Assembly (NCBI GenBank): GCA_030390025.1
Contig: JASTWF010000331.1
Coordinates: forward strand, 496,001-535,600
DNA length: 39,600 nt
Source of the DNA: Squalus acanthias
Lineage: Eukaryota
Direction of reading: 5' to 3'
Shown: positions 12,497 through 24,402 of the stretch, piece by piece
Layout of the letters: each line of letters opens with the position of its first letter
Position numbering within the stretch: position 1 is the first letter of the stretch
Notes under the pieces: generated by a model
What the model was told of the DNA's origin: nothing
The model's input: the letters and a program-made list of their open reading frames with translations, nothing else
Databases searched by the model: none
Made by a program: the position numbers and the translations under genes

Positions 12497-13270
12497 GGGC
12501 TGGATTTTGATACTGGGGCGGGCTGGTGTCGTGTCATCGACTTTTCGTGTTATCCACGCGACTGCAATTGGATGTGGGAGATTGATGCGATTTTCACCTA
12601 ATTGTGCAATTGAGTTCCAGCATGTGGGAACCCACGAATCAATTAATGTTTTCAGTCTGAAAGTCGCCTCTGAGGATGTCATCATTGCTGATGCATTGAA
12701 GGCCTGCAAAGACTGCCTGGTCTTTGCTGTAAGAGGACCTGGATGCAAAATGAGCAGCAGCAGCCCTAAGTCTGCTCCCAGATATTTTTGCTCCACCACT
12801 CCCAGATATGTTTCATCCATCCAAAACCACCACTCCCAGATATGTCAATTCCTCCTCCTCCTACTACTACTACTACTACTGCTACTATCAGTACTACTGA
12901 TACTTCTACTACTACATCACATCTCCGTTGTAATAGTAGACCTGCAGCTGATAGTCAGCTATCCAAATGTGCTCCCGCCAGGCTTCACATTCGTGGTTCA
13001 GAACAGGCGTAATTCACGTAGAAAAAGGGTTAAAATCACAAAGGCCTTTCAAAATGGCATTATAGAGGCAATTTACTGCTTGTTTCAGGTCCTTAACAGC
13101 TTATCCCGCCTCTTAGAGGCGGAACGGAGTCGGGACCAGCAGACACGATTTAATGTAAAATTCCGTGGAGGCGGGATGGAGGCGGGCTTGCGCCCGCCTG
13201 CCAGGTTTCGCACTTTTAACCCCCCACACGGCTCCAAACCCACTTCCACGGGTCAATGAAAATCCAGCCC
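12497..13270. mobile_element. MITE / non-autonomous TIR transposon, copy 1 (possibly PIF/Harbinger-type)
   Basis: Perfect 12-bp TIRs GGGCTGGATTTT...AAAATCCAGCCC, flanked by ATT on both sides (3-bp TSD); internal (CTA)n at about 12860-12915. Confidence 0.85.
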
Positions 13271-14649
13271 ATTGTATTTACTGGTAATGGGGGTGAGGAC
13301 AGAGACTGTTTATCCAGACAGTGTGATTATTGGATATGGTGGTGTGGGCAAAGACAGTTTACACGCGCTGAGTTTTTACTGGTAATGGGGGTGTGGTGAG
13401 AGACAGCTTATACACAGAGTATGTTTACTGGTAATGGGGGTGAGGTGAGCGACGGTTTATCCACAAAGTGTGATTACTGGTAATGGGGGGTCAGGACAGA
13501 GACGGTTTATCCACAAAGTGTGATTACTGGTAATGGGGGTGAGGTAAGAGACGGTTTATCCACAAAGTGTGATTACTGGTAATGGGGTTGAGGTGAGAGA
13601 CGGTTTATCCACACACTGTGTTTACTGGTAATGAGGGTGTGGTGAGATACAGTTTATCCGCAGTGTGTTTCCTAGTAATGGGAGTGTGGTCAGAGACGGT
13701 TTCTCCACACAGTGTGTTTCCTGGTAATGGGAGTGAGGACAGAGACGGTTTATCCACACAGTGTGTTTACTGGTAATTGGTGTGTGGTGAGAGACGGTTT
13801 ATCTGCAGTGTGTTTACTGGTAATGGGAGTGAGGACAGAGACGGTTTATCCACACAGTGTGTTTACTGGTAATGAGGGTGAGGACAGAGATGGTTTATCC
13901 ACACAATGTGTTTACTGGTAATGGGGGTGAGGACAGAGACGGTTTATCCACACAGTGTGTTTACTGGTAATCGGGGTGAGGACAGAGATGGCTCATCCAC
14001 ACAGTGTGTTTACTGGTAATCGGAGTGAGGTGAGAGACGGTTTATCGGCAGAGTGTTTACTGGTAATGGGGGAGAGGACAGAGACGGTTTATCCACAGTT
14101 TGTTTACAGGTAATGGGGGTCAGGGCACAGACGGTTTATCCAAACAGTGTTTTTACTGGTAATGAGGTTGAGGACAGAGACGGTTTATCCACACAGTGTG
14201 TTTACTGGTAATGGGGGTGTGGTGAGAGACGGTTTATCCGCAGTGTGTTTCCTGGTAATGGGAGTGAGGACAGAGACGGTTTATCCACACAGTGTGTTTA
14301 CTGGTAATGGGGGTGAGGTGAGAGACGGTTTATCCACACAGTGTGTTTACTGGTAATGGGGGTGATGTGAGAGGCGGTTTATCCACACAGTGTGTTTACT
14401 GGTAATGGGGGTGAGGTGAGAGACGGTTTATCCACACAGTGTGTTTACTGGTAATGGGGAAGAGGTGAGAGGCGGTTTATCCACACAGTGTGTTTACTGG
14501 TAATCGGAGTGAGGTGAGAGACGATTTATCCACACAATGTGTTTACTGGTAATGGGAGAGCGGACAGAGACGGTTTATCCACACAGTGTGTTTACTGGTA
14601 ATGGGGGTGAGGACAGAGACGGTTTATCCCCATTACCAGTAAACACACT

Positions 14650-15430
14650 GGGCTGGATTTTGTCTTGGGGTCGGATTAGGGTCGTGTCATCCGCATTTGG
14701 TGTTTCCCCCCCCGACTCCAGATTCATGTGGATGAATGATGCAATTTTCACTTAATTGGGCAATTGAGTCCCAGCATGTGGGAACCCACAAACTAATTAG
14801 TGGTTTCAGTCTGAAAGTCGCCTCTGATGATGTCATCATTGCTGACTGCATAGTCTCAGAGACTGGTGGTGAGAGAGGACCTGCCTGGCTTGCTTTTGAT
14901 GTGAGTGGACCTGGATGCAAAATATGGGGGGCGGGGGAGAAGGAGAGAGAGAGAGAGAGAGAATGAGAGAGATATTTTTTTTTGCATCCAAGTCCTCTCA
15001 CAGCAAAGGCCAGGCAGTCTCTGAACACATTCAATGCAGCAGCGCCGACTTTCAGACCTAATACTACTACTACCTTCATCACATCTCCGTTGTAATTATG
15101 GACCTGCAGCTGATAGTCAGCTATCCACTTGTGCTCCCGCCAGGTTTCACTGGAGTGTTTCACACCGGGTGTACTTCACGTCACAAAAGGGTTAAACGAG
15201 CTAAAACGTTTCAAAATGGCATTACAGAGCCACTGGCGAGCTTGTTAAGGGCTTTAATGGCCTCTCCCGCCTCTTGGAGACGGGACGGAGTCGGGAACCC
15301 CGCGGCTGATTTTGTCAAAATTGCGTGGAGGCGGGATGGAGTCGGGATGGGGTCGGAAACACCGACCCCGAAAATTTAACCCCCCACACGCCTCCAAACC
15401 CGACTCCGTGGGTCATTCAAAATGCAGCCC
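14650..15430. mobile_element. MITE copy 2
   Basis: GGGCTGGATTTT...AAAATGCAGCCC; homologous to copy 1 (CCCAGCATGTGGGAACCCAC, GACCTGCAGCTGATAGTCAGCTATCCA); internal (GA)n. Confidence 0.85.
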
Positions 15431-17021
15431 TATTTAGCACACAGTGTGTTTACTGGTAATGGGAGTGAGGACAGAGACGGTTTATACACACAGTGTGTTT
15501 ACTGGTAAATGGGGGTGAGGACAGAGGAGGTTTATACACACAATGTGTTTATTGGTAAATTGGAGTGAGGACAGAGGAGGTTTATCCACAGTGTGTTTAC
15601 TGGTAACGGGGGTGAGGAGAGAGACGATTTATCCACACAGTGTGTTTACTGGTAACGGGGGTGAGGACAGAGGAGGTTTATCCACAGTGTGTTTTCTGGT
15701 AATGGGGGTGAGTACAGCGACGGTTTTTCTATACAGAGTCTTTACTGGTAATGGGGGTGAGAACAGAGACTATTTATGCACACAGTGTGTTTACTGGTAA
15801 TCGGGGTGAGGACAGAGACCGTTTATCCTTACAGTGTTTTTCCTGGTAACGGGGTGAGGACTTACAGCGTTTATCCACACAATGTTTATCCTGGTAATGG
15901 GGGTGAGGACAGAGACGGTTGATCCACACAGTGTGTTTACTGGTAATCGGGGTGAGGACAGAGACGGTTTATCCACACAGTGTGTTTACTGGTAATGGGT
16001 GTGAGGACAGAGACGGTTTATCCACACAGTGTGTTTACTGGTAATGGGGGAGAGGAAAGAGACGGTTTATCCACACAGTGTGTTTACTGGTAATGGGGGT
16101 GTGGACAGAGACGGTTTATCCACACAGTGTGTTTACTGGTAATGGGGGTGAGGACAGAGACGGTTTATCCACACAGTGTCTTTACTGGTAATGGGAGTGA
16201 GGACAGAGACGGTTTATCCACACAGTGTCTTTACTGGTAATGGGGGTGAGGACAGAGACGGCTTATCCACACAGTGTGTTCACTGGTAATGGGGGTGAGG
16301 ACAGAGACGGTTTATCCACACAGTGTCTTTACTGGTAATGGGAGTGAGGACAGAGACGGTTTATCCACACAGTGTGTTTACTGGTAATCGGAGTGAGGTG
16401 AGAGACGGTTTATCCACACAGTGTGTTTACTGGTAATGGGGGTGAGGACAGAGACGGTTTATCCACACAGTGTGTTTACTGACAATGGGGGAGAGGAAAG
16501 AGACGTTTTATCCACACAGTGTGTTTACTGGTAATGGGGGTGTGGACAGAGACGGTTTATCCACACAGTGTGTTTACTGGTAATGGGGGTGAGGACAGAG
16601 ACGGTTTATCCACACAGTGTCTTTACTGGTAATGGGAGTGAGGACAGAGACGGTTTATCCACACAGTGTCTTTACTGGTAATGGGGGTGTGGACAGAGAC
16701 GGTTTATCCACACAGTGTGTTCACTGGTAATGGGGGTGAGGACAGAGACGGTTTATCCACACAGTGTCTTTACTGGTAATGGGAGTGAGGACAGAGACGG
16801 TTTATCCACACAGTGTGTTTACTGGTAATCGGAGTGAGGTGAGAGACGGTTTATCAGCAGTGTGTTTACTGGTAATGGGGGTGCGGTGAGAGACGTTTTA
16901 TCCACACAGTGTGTTTACTGGTAATCGGAGTGAGGTGAGAGACGGTTTATCCACACGATGTGTTTACTGGTAATGGGGTTCAGGACAGAGACGGTTTATC
17001 CCCATTACCAGTAAACACACT

Positions 17022-17355
17022 GGGCTGGATTTTGTCTTGGGGTCGGGTTGGGGTCGTGTAATCCGCATTCCGTATGGAGGTGAAACAGAGACCGTTTATC
17101 CACACAGTGGGCTGAAGTTTGTTACAAGTGCGGGTTGGGATTGTGTTATCCACTTTTCGTGTTATCCGCCCGATTGCAATTGGATGTGGGAGTTTGATGC
17201 AATTTTCACCGAAATTGAGCAATTGAGTTCCAGCATGTGGGAAACCGTGACTCAATTAGTATTTTCTGTCTGAAAGTCGCCTCTGATGATGTCATCATTG
17301 CTGCTGCATTGATGTTCTTCAGAGACTGCCTGGCCTTTGCTGTGAAAATGTCCCA
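17022..17355. mobile_element. MITE copy 3, left part only, double start, truncated at a CR1
   Basis: GGGCTGGATTTTGTCTTGGGGTCGG as in copy 2; second start GGGCTGAAGTTT at 17109. Confidence 0.8.
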
Positions 17356-18285
17356 CTACTCTGGCCTACCACTAATCTTCGCCATTTTGTATGCGTTTTC
17401 TTTTAATTTGATACCATCCTTAACTTCCTTAGTTAGCCATGAGTAGTGCATCCTTCTCGTGGAGCCTTTCTTTCTTATTGGAATACACCTTTGCTCTGAT
17501 TTATGAGATATCTCCTCAAAGGTCTGCCACTGCTGATCTACCGTCTTACCCTTTGATCTATTTTTCCAGTCCAGTTTAGACAACTCTGTCCTCATAACCT
17601 TGTAGTTGCCTTTATTTAAATTTAGGACACGAGTTTCAGACCCAAGTTTCTCAATCTCAAACTGAATTTGAAATTCTACCATGATATGATCACTCTTTCC
17701 TAGGTTTCCTTTACTATCATTATACATTACCAGATCTAAAATAGCTTGCTCCCTGGTTGGTTCCTGAACGTATTGCTCTAAGAAACCATCCCTAATACAC
17801 TCCATGAACTCGTCATCAAGGCTACACCTCCCAATTTGATTTTTCCAATCTATATGATGATTAAAATCGCCCATGATTATTGCAGTACCGTTCTTACAAG
17901 CCCTCATTATTTCTTGATTTTTACTCTGTCTTACAGTATAGCTACAGTTAGGGGGCCTATATACTACTCCCACCAGTGACTTATTACACTTACTATTTCT
18001 TATCTCCACCCAAACTGATTCTACATCTTGAGATTCTGAGCCAATATCATTCCTCACCATTGCAGTGATCTCATCCTTTATTGACAGAGCTACCCCAATT
18101 CTTTTTCATTTGTGCCTATCCTCCAAAATGTCAAATACACTGAATATTCAGTTCACAGCCTTGGTCAACTTGCAACCACGTCTCTGTAATGGCTATCGGA
18201 TCAAACCCATTTATTATATTTGTGCCATCAACTCATCTATCTTGTTAAGAATGCTGCATATATTCAATAAAGAGCCCTTCATTTT
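17356..18285 (-). mobile_element. CR1 LINE ORF2 APE endonuclease fragment
   Basis: ESVWVEI..GVVYRPP..IIMGDFN..PTREQAILDLV..LGKSDH. Confidence 0.92.
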
Positions 18286-18289
18286 AAAT

Positions 18290-19850
18290 TAACATAAGAA
18301 TTAGGAGCAGGAGTAGGCCATTATGCCCTTCGAGCCTGCTCCGCCATTCAATGATACCATGGCTGATCATCTGGCACAAATCCATTCGTCGGCCTTATCG
18401 CCATCTCCCTTGATGCACTTACTAGTACGAAATATATCGAATTTTGTTTTGAATATACCCAATGACTGAGCCTCCACAGCCCTCTGGGGAAGATAAGTCC
18501 AATTATTCACGAACCTATGTGTGAATAAATTTCTTCTCATCTCAGCCCTGAATGGCCTCCGCTTTATCCTGGTACTATACTGCCCAGCCATGGAAAACAC
18601 TCTCCCAACATCCACCCTATAATAATTTTGTATGCTTCAATGAGATCCCCTCTCATTCTTCTGAAATGACGCGAATACAGGCCTAGTTTACTCAATCTCT
18701 TCTCATACGACAGTCCTGCCATCTCAGGGATCAATCTCGTGAAACTTCGTTGCACTCCCTCTAAGTCAAGTATATCCTTCCTTAGGGAAGGAGAACAAAA
18801 TTGTAAACAATACTCCAGATGTGGTCTCACCAAGGCCCTATATAATTTGAGTAAGACTTGTTTACAACTGCACTCAAATCCTCTTGCAATGAAGGCCAGG
18901 ATACAATTTGTCTTCCTAATGGCTAGCTGCACCTGCACATTCAATTTCAGTGACTCATGTACAAGGAAACCCAGGACCGGTTGAGCATCTGCATTTCTCC
19001 AATCTTTCGCCATTTAGGAAATACTCTGCCTTTCTGTTTTTTCTACCAAAGTGGATAACTTCACATTTATTCACATTATGTTTATCTGCCATGTTCTCGC
19101 CCATTCACCGAGCCTGTCGAGATCCCCTTGCAGCCTCTTCACATCCACTTCATAACTGGCACTGCCACCTAACTTTGTATCATAAGCAAATTTGGAAATG
19201 TTACATTTAGTCCACTCCTCCAAATCATTGATATAGATTGTGAATAGTTGGGTCCCAAGCACCTATACTTGCGGTACCACTATTCGCAGCCTGCCATCCT
19301 GAAAAAGTCCCGTTTATCCCTACTCTTTGTTTCTGTCTGTTAAGCAATTCTCAATCCATGCTTGTATATTACCCCATCCATTTGCCCTATTATTGTTCAC
19401 CAACCTCTTGTGTGGGACCTTATCGAAGGCCTTCTGAAAATCCAGATACATCACATCTACCGCTTTCACTTTGTTTACTCCACTAACTACATCCTCAAAG
19501 AACACCGACAGGTATGATAAACAGGATTTCCCTATCATAAAACTACGTTGATTATGCCCAATCTTATTATTAGCTTCTAAGTGCCCAGTCATTGCATCCC
19601 TTATAATAGATTCCAGCATTTTCCCAACTACTGATGTGAGGCTAACAGGTCTGTAGTTCCCCGTTTTTTCCCTTCCACCTTTCTTAAATAGAGGGTTTAC
19701 ACTAGCTAACCTCCAATCTGCAGGATCCGTTCCAGATTCTACAGCATTTCGGAAGATGACAACCAATGCGTCCACTACCTCAATGGCCACATCTTTCAAA
19801 ACCCTCGGTTGTAGGTCATGCGGTCCTTGGTATTTATCGTCTATCCATTA
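18290..19850 (-). mobile_element. CR1 LINE RT domain and 3' end, decayed
   Basis: GNYRPVSLTSVVGK, YLDFQKAFDKVPH, FTIYINDL..KFAYDTK, VRPHLEYC. Confidence 0.93.
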
Positions 19851-20214
19851 ACGTTAAATATGCATGTAATCGCATTAATCGTTAAACGACAAAACAAACA
19901 TTTAATCTAATAAGATGGACGTTCTCAAACTGTGGGAGATGAGACAAGTGTGATCAGAAGGAGAGAGGAGAACAGACTGGGATAGAGCAAAGGGCCAATG
20001 TCCACACTTACAAGGCCAATATATCCTTCCGAAGGTGCGGTGTCCAGAACTGTACGCAGTAGTCCAGAGGTCTTCACAATCGGGCTTTGTTTAGCCGTAG
20101 CAAAACTTACTTCCTGCAATATTCCAGCTGCCTAGTTATAAAAGCGAATAGTCCATTGGCAATTGTGTTTATTTTGTACCTGACTACTACGTTTCAGCTC
20201 GCGAGACACGGCTT

Positions 20215-20520
20215 TTGTTTCTTTACTTGCCCCATTACCACCCACGATGCCTCGCACCATCATTCTTCTGTCATTCAAGCTCTCCTGCCTTCCCCCATCA
20301 CAGTCCTTTTCTTCAGTGTATTCCTCCCAATCCCCCCTTTCCCTGCACCTGTGGTTCCTGACAAAATCTGTTGTATCGGCCACATTTTCCAGTTCTGATG
20401 AAAGGTGATCGACCTGAAACGTTAACTCTGTATCGCTCTCCCCCCAAGTGCTGCCTGACCTGCTGAGTATTTCCAGCATTTTCTGCTTTTATTTTAGAAT
20501 TACCACAATCCTCAGTATTT
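20215..20520 (+). mobile_element. Penelope-derived terminal fragment (family 2) with hammerhead
   Basis: Homologous to the reverse complement of 35883-36119 (GCTGCCTGACCTGCTGAG..TTCCAGC..). Confidence 0.7.
20391..20427 (+). ncRNA. Minimal type-I hammerhead ribozyme
   Basis: Stem I AGTT/AACT, CTGATGA, stem II AGGT-gatcg-ACCT, GAAA, palindromic ACGT, cleavage triplet GUU. Confidence 0.82.
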
Positions 20521-21589
20521 CAGTTTTTACTAAATTTTTGTGATCTGTGTACTTGGATCCCTCAAACACTTAGGATCTCCAATGTTCCTAGCTTCGCAAA
20601 ATCCCCCAGAAACTTGAACAGAACACTAAGTGAAGTGATTTGAGGTAAAATCCTCAGTTTTGGACATTTTAAAAGATCAGGGAAGAAAAAACCCTTCACT
20701 GGGTTAGTAATGTTGTTTTCTCAGCATTGAAGACCATCAACGCGGGACATCGCCTAGAGTTGTCTGTGGCAACAGTTGTGATTGCTCTTGGTTGAAGAAT
20801 GCTCAGACTGCTGTTTCTGCAGTGTGCAGAGGAAGCTCATAGAAGCCAACTGTGTAGATACAATTAATGTCCAATCAAGGCTGCCACTGCTGACAGATTA
20901 TTATGGAGCGGCGAATTCAGGTGGGATTGGACAAGGCAATGGTAGCAGTTACTTCCTCTCTGTCACTTTCAGTGGTAACTCATCTCCTACAGAAAGTATT
21001 CATCCTTGTGGCGCACTGCTGCTCGCTGGTCACCTAGTCTAAATGATGGTTGGCTAACATGACCATATTGTACCATCCACTGCTGACAAAGCAGTCCATG
21101 ACTCTTGGAGACTAGATAACAGGTGTAAAAGTTGACGTTTATGGCTGAAATTTATCCTCTTTAGTCGAGATAAAACTAACCTGCTGCTGATAAAGTTTTA
21201 ACAGAGGTGCTCTCACTGTCTCAATATTTGATCTTGAATCACTGGAGAATTTCTTAGCAATGAGAGGAATCACCACATGGTGTAGTACTATGCCGGACAG
21301 TGCAGGAAGCGACAGCTTCGATCACTGTTCCACAGTGTTGGCTGATATTTGGCAAAGTAGCAATGGGGCACAACTGGTCACGGAGAGAGAAATTCCACAG
21401 GGTTCCTGCGGGAGAGCATTTGCACAGGATCTGTAGTTCAACAATCTTCCGACATGCAACATCTGGGCTCACACATCGAGAATCGCCACTTTCCCCAGTC
21501 TATCCAACACAAGTTACTGCTTGCAGGAAATGAGGGGGAAAGTGAGAGAAAGTGTGGAGTAATGATGGCAACAATCCTCACATATGCAC

Positions 21590-21755
21590 ACCCCATTTCC
21601 CACAACTGTGCCCTCACCCCATCCCCAAACCACAACAGGTTTCTCCTTGTCCTCACCTTCCACATCAAGAGCCTTCACATTCAACGGATCATCTTCCGCC
21701 ATTTCCACCACCTCCAGCGTGATCCCACCACCAAACACATCTTCCCCTCCACTTC
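21590..21755 (+). mobile_element. Penelope-like element fragment (RT-EN linker)
   Basis: NRFLLVLTFH..SLHIQRIIFRHFHHLQRDPTTKHIFPS aligns by eye with NRVPYVVQYF..LRHVLRSLQHVIDDDEHLAKAIP of the PLE at 33 kb. Confidence 0.75.
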
Positions 21756-22006
21756 CAACATTACGAAAGGAGGAGGAAGGAAGGTTGTGGCGGGGGAGGA
21801 AGGTTGGGTGGGTGGAGGAAGGTTGGGGGGGAAGAGGGGAGAGGGGGGAGAAGGGTAGCACCTGGAGAGCGGGTCGAGGACGGAGTTTCTTCTAATACTG
21901 GAGATGTGCGGGAGCGCGCTGATTGGTCGAGAGCGAGCTTGCAGGCGGCCGCTGGATTGAGACGCGCGGGTGCGAGAGGCAGAGCGGGAGCGCGTCACAG
22001 ATCATC

Positions 22007-22051
22007 ATGACAACCGGAGCGGCCCTCCCCCTGCTGCCCTCCTGTGTCGAG
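22007..22051 (+). CDS. Putative first exon of an unidentified host gene (MTTGAALPLLPSCVE if coding)
   Basis: atcATGa start context, 15 codons, donor GAG|GTAAGG at 22051/22052; could instead be 5'UTR. Confidence 0.45.
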
Positions 22052-22189
22052 GTAAGGAGCGACCCGCTGGGCCCGGAGCCTGGCAACAACCCGCTTTGAT
22101 TTCCCTCACAAATCTCCGAGGCTTTCGGCCGGGCGGAGGATCGCCTGACTCCGGACTGGGAGCGTGGGCCCGACCCGCTATCACCCGGA

Positions 22190-22520
22190 GGGCAGGACCG
22201 GGACGGGCCGGGCCGGGGTTGGAGCCCGGCCGGGCTGGGCCAGGCCGGGTTTGGGCCGCGCCGGTCGGGGTTGGGCCGGGCGGGGTTGGGCAGGGCCAGG
22301 CGGGGCTGGGGTTTGCTGGGCTGGGGTTGGGCTGAGCTGGGCCGGGCCGGGCTGGGCATGGTTGTGCTGGGTCGGGCTGGGGTTGGGCAGGGCTGGGTTT
22401 GGGCCGGACGGGCTGGGGTTGGGCCGGGCTGGGGTTGGGCCGGGCAGGGTTGGATTTGGAGGCGGGCCTGGCTGGGTTTGGGCCGGACTGGTGTTGGAGC
22501 CGGGCCTTGCTGGGGTTGGA
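22190..22520 (+). repeat. G-rich pentamer low-complexity tract (GGGCT/GGGCC/GGGTT)
   Basis: Dozens of GGG runs with 2-nt spacers. Confidence 0.9.
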
Positions 22521-23779
22521 GCCGTGTCGTGTCTGGTTTGCTGCGGGCTGAGCGGCTGGTAGCTGCGGTCCGTCGACTAGCGGCGGCGGATTGCAGCCCT
22601 GGGCTGTCCTTGAGCTGGTGCACAGCGCGGGACCGTGTGACCGAGGGGCGGTGTGCCCGTGCCGGGGCCGGGCTGGCGCTTCCTGCACGGGTGTGGCGTT
22701 AGCTCGGCCCCTGGGGAGCAGCCGAGCCCCCCGCGGGCTGGAGGAGTGGGATTGTCTCCATTCTCCTGATGGAGGTTTTAACATTGCTGTTTCTCAATTC
22801 TCGGGATAGATCCAATGTTGCTGACAGCAGTGTCTGGTGCTGAGCTTTTCGGAATGAGCTTCCTTTACTCCGATCTCCAGTGCTCTTGTTTGTTTATGAA
22901 TAGGGCAAGTGTTTTCTATTGGGTTGGTGTGCTGAATATTGTACCCCCATGTTTAGGTTGTTATGCAGTATTTGTGTGGTGTTTCCATACAAAATTGTTC
23001 TGGCAGTTGAAGAGCTTGTCTGCTCAATGTTTGCTTATGGTACCGCTTCTTCGATTCATCGCGTGATATCGGTAGAGGGCATCTGTTTTAATTCCTTTTC
23101 ATTGAACTGGCTTGCATTTGTGTGTTCTGCAGAGAAGCTCTTCAAATATGTGAAGAAGGGATTCATTTTCCAAGTGATCACCTTGCACTGAAGTGCGGGA
23201 TCACTTCCCTTTCCAGGCATTTTCGCCTTCAAAGCAGACTACTAATCAGGCACTGCGTCGAATATCTGAAAATCCTTTTGTTTGTGCAACTCGCACATCA
23301 GAAAATATAACTTACAAGTATGTAGTCTGCATAATGTACAAACACACAGGTGTGCCAGCTGGCAGTGGTGCAGTAGTGCGGCTATTGCTTTGTGTGCTTT
23401 TCACACTGCTGTTTGTGGCTTTCCTGCTCCTATCACCTTCACACCATTGCTTACATTTTCCAGTAAGAGTGAGTTGCGGGCCTTGGATACTAAGATCCTT
23501 ATCTTGTGCATGCGACACAAAGTAGATTGAATGGATCCATTGAAAAGTGAGTGACAGACACAAGCCAGGTCAAGATGGTGAATACCAGCTGCTTCTGAAA
23601 CATTTTAAATATTTGAAGTGTGAATGGCAGGGCTTGAGTTGCAGTGCGCACTCTGTGTTCATGTCACACTGGGTGAGTGGAAGATCCACCTTATTTAAAC
23701 TGTTTCTGAAAAAGCATTTTTTTATTTCTTCTGGTTATGAAAATGTAATTTTTTTAAGTGGCCTCTTTAGGTTTTTTAA

Positions 23780-24402
23780 ATTCATTTATGGGATCAGGGC
23801 GTCGCTGGCAATGCCAGCATTTACTGCTCATCCCTAATTGCCCTTGAAAAGCTGTTGGTGAGCACCCTTCTGGAACCGCTGAAGTCTGTGTGGTGATGGT
23901 ACTCCCACAGTGCTGTTAGGTAGGGAGTTCCAGGATTTTGACCCAGCGACGGTGAAGGATCGACGATATACTTCTAAGTCAGGATGGTGTGTGACTTGGA
24001 AGGTAACTTGGAGGTGGTGGTGTTCCCATGCGCCTGCTGCCCTTGTCGTTCTAGGTGGAAGAGGTCGCGAGTTTGGGAGGTGCTGCTGAATAAGCCTTGG
24101 CGAGTTGTTGCAGTGCATCTTGCAGATGGGGTACACTGCAGCAACGGTACGCCGGTGGAGGTGGGAGTGAACGTTTAAGGTGCTGGCCGGGGTGCCAATC
24201 AAGCGGGATGCTTTGTCCTGGATGGTGTCGAGCTTCTTGAGTGTTGTTGGAGCTGCAACTCATCCAGGCAAGTGGAGAGTATTCCATCACACCCTTTACT
24301 TGTGCCTTGTAGATGCTGGACAGGGTTTGGGGAGTCAGGGGGTGAGACACTCGCCGCAGAATACCCAGCCTCTGACCTGCTGTTGTTGCCACAGTATTTA
24401 GG
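23780..24402 (-). mobile_element. LINE (CR1/L2 group) ORF2 C-terminus and 3'UTR
   Basis: AGQRLGILRRV..IYKAQVKGVMEYSPLAWM..YRRSFTVAGSKSWNSLP. Confidence 0.85.

Larger units (their letters stand above)
12405..17000. repeat. 49-bp minisatellite in three blocks (12405-12496, 13271-14627, 15437-17000)
   Basis: Unit CAGTGTGTTTACTGGTAATGGGGGTGAGGACAGAGACGGTTTATCCACA; roughly 60 units in total. Confidence 0.97.
21770..22760 (+). promoter_or_regulatory. CpG-island promoter
   Basis: Very high GC and CpG density against the flanks; inverted CCAAT box (ATTGG 21922-21926); followed by a strong splice donor. Confidence 0.8.

Noticed and set aside
12495..13259. 254-aa ORF with poly-Leu as a transposase or membrane protein
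   Set aside because: No transposase motifs; the poly-Leu is the (CTA)n microsatellite; not conserved in copy 2.
14810..14840. GAAA-GTC..CTGATGA in the MITE as a permuted hammerhead
   Set aside because: No room for stems I and III, and copy 1 has CTGAGGA without supporting helices.
12405..17000. Perfect bacterial DnaA box TTATCCACA in most satellite units; oriC/iteron or CRISPR-like appearance
   Set aside because: Vertebrate context. The units are contiguous tandem repeats without unique spacers, and there are no cas or rep genes. It is a chance 9-mer amplified with the unit.
21892..22784. Long Pro/Ala/Gly-rich ORFs (243-259 aa)
   Set aside because: They arise from a GC-rich pentamer repeat that lacks stops in all frames.
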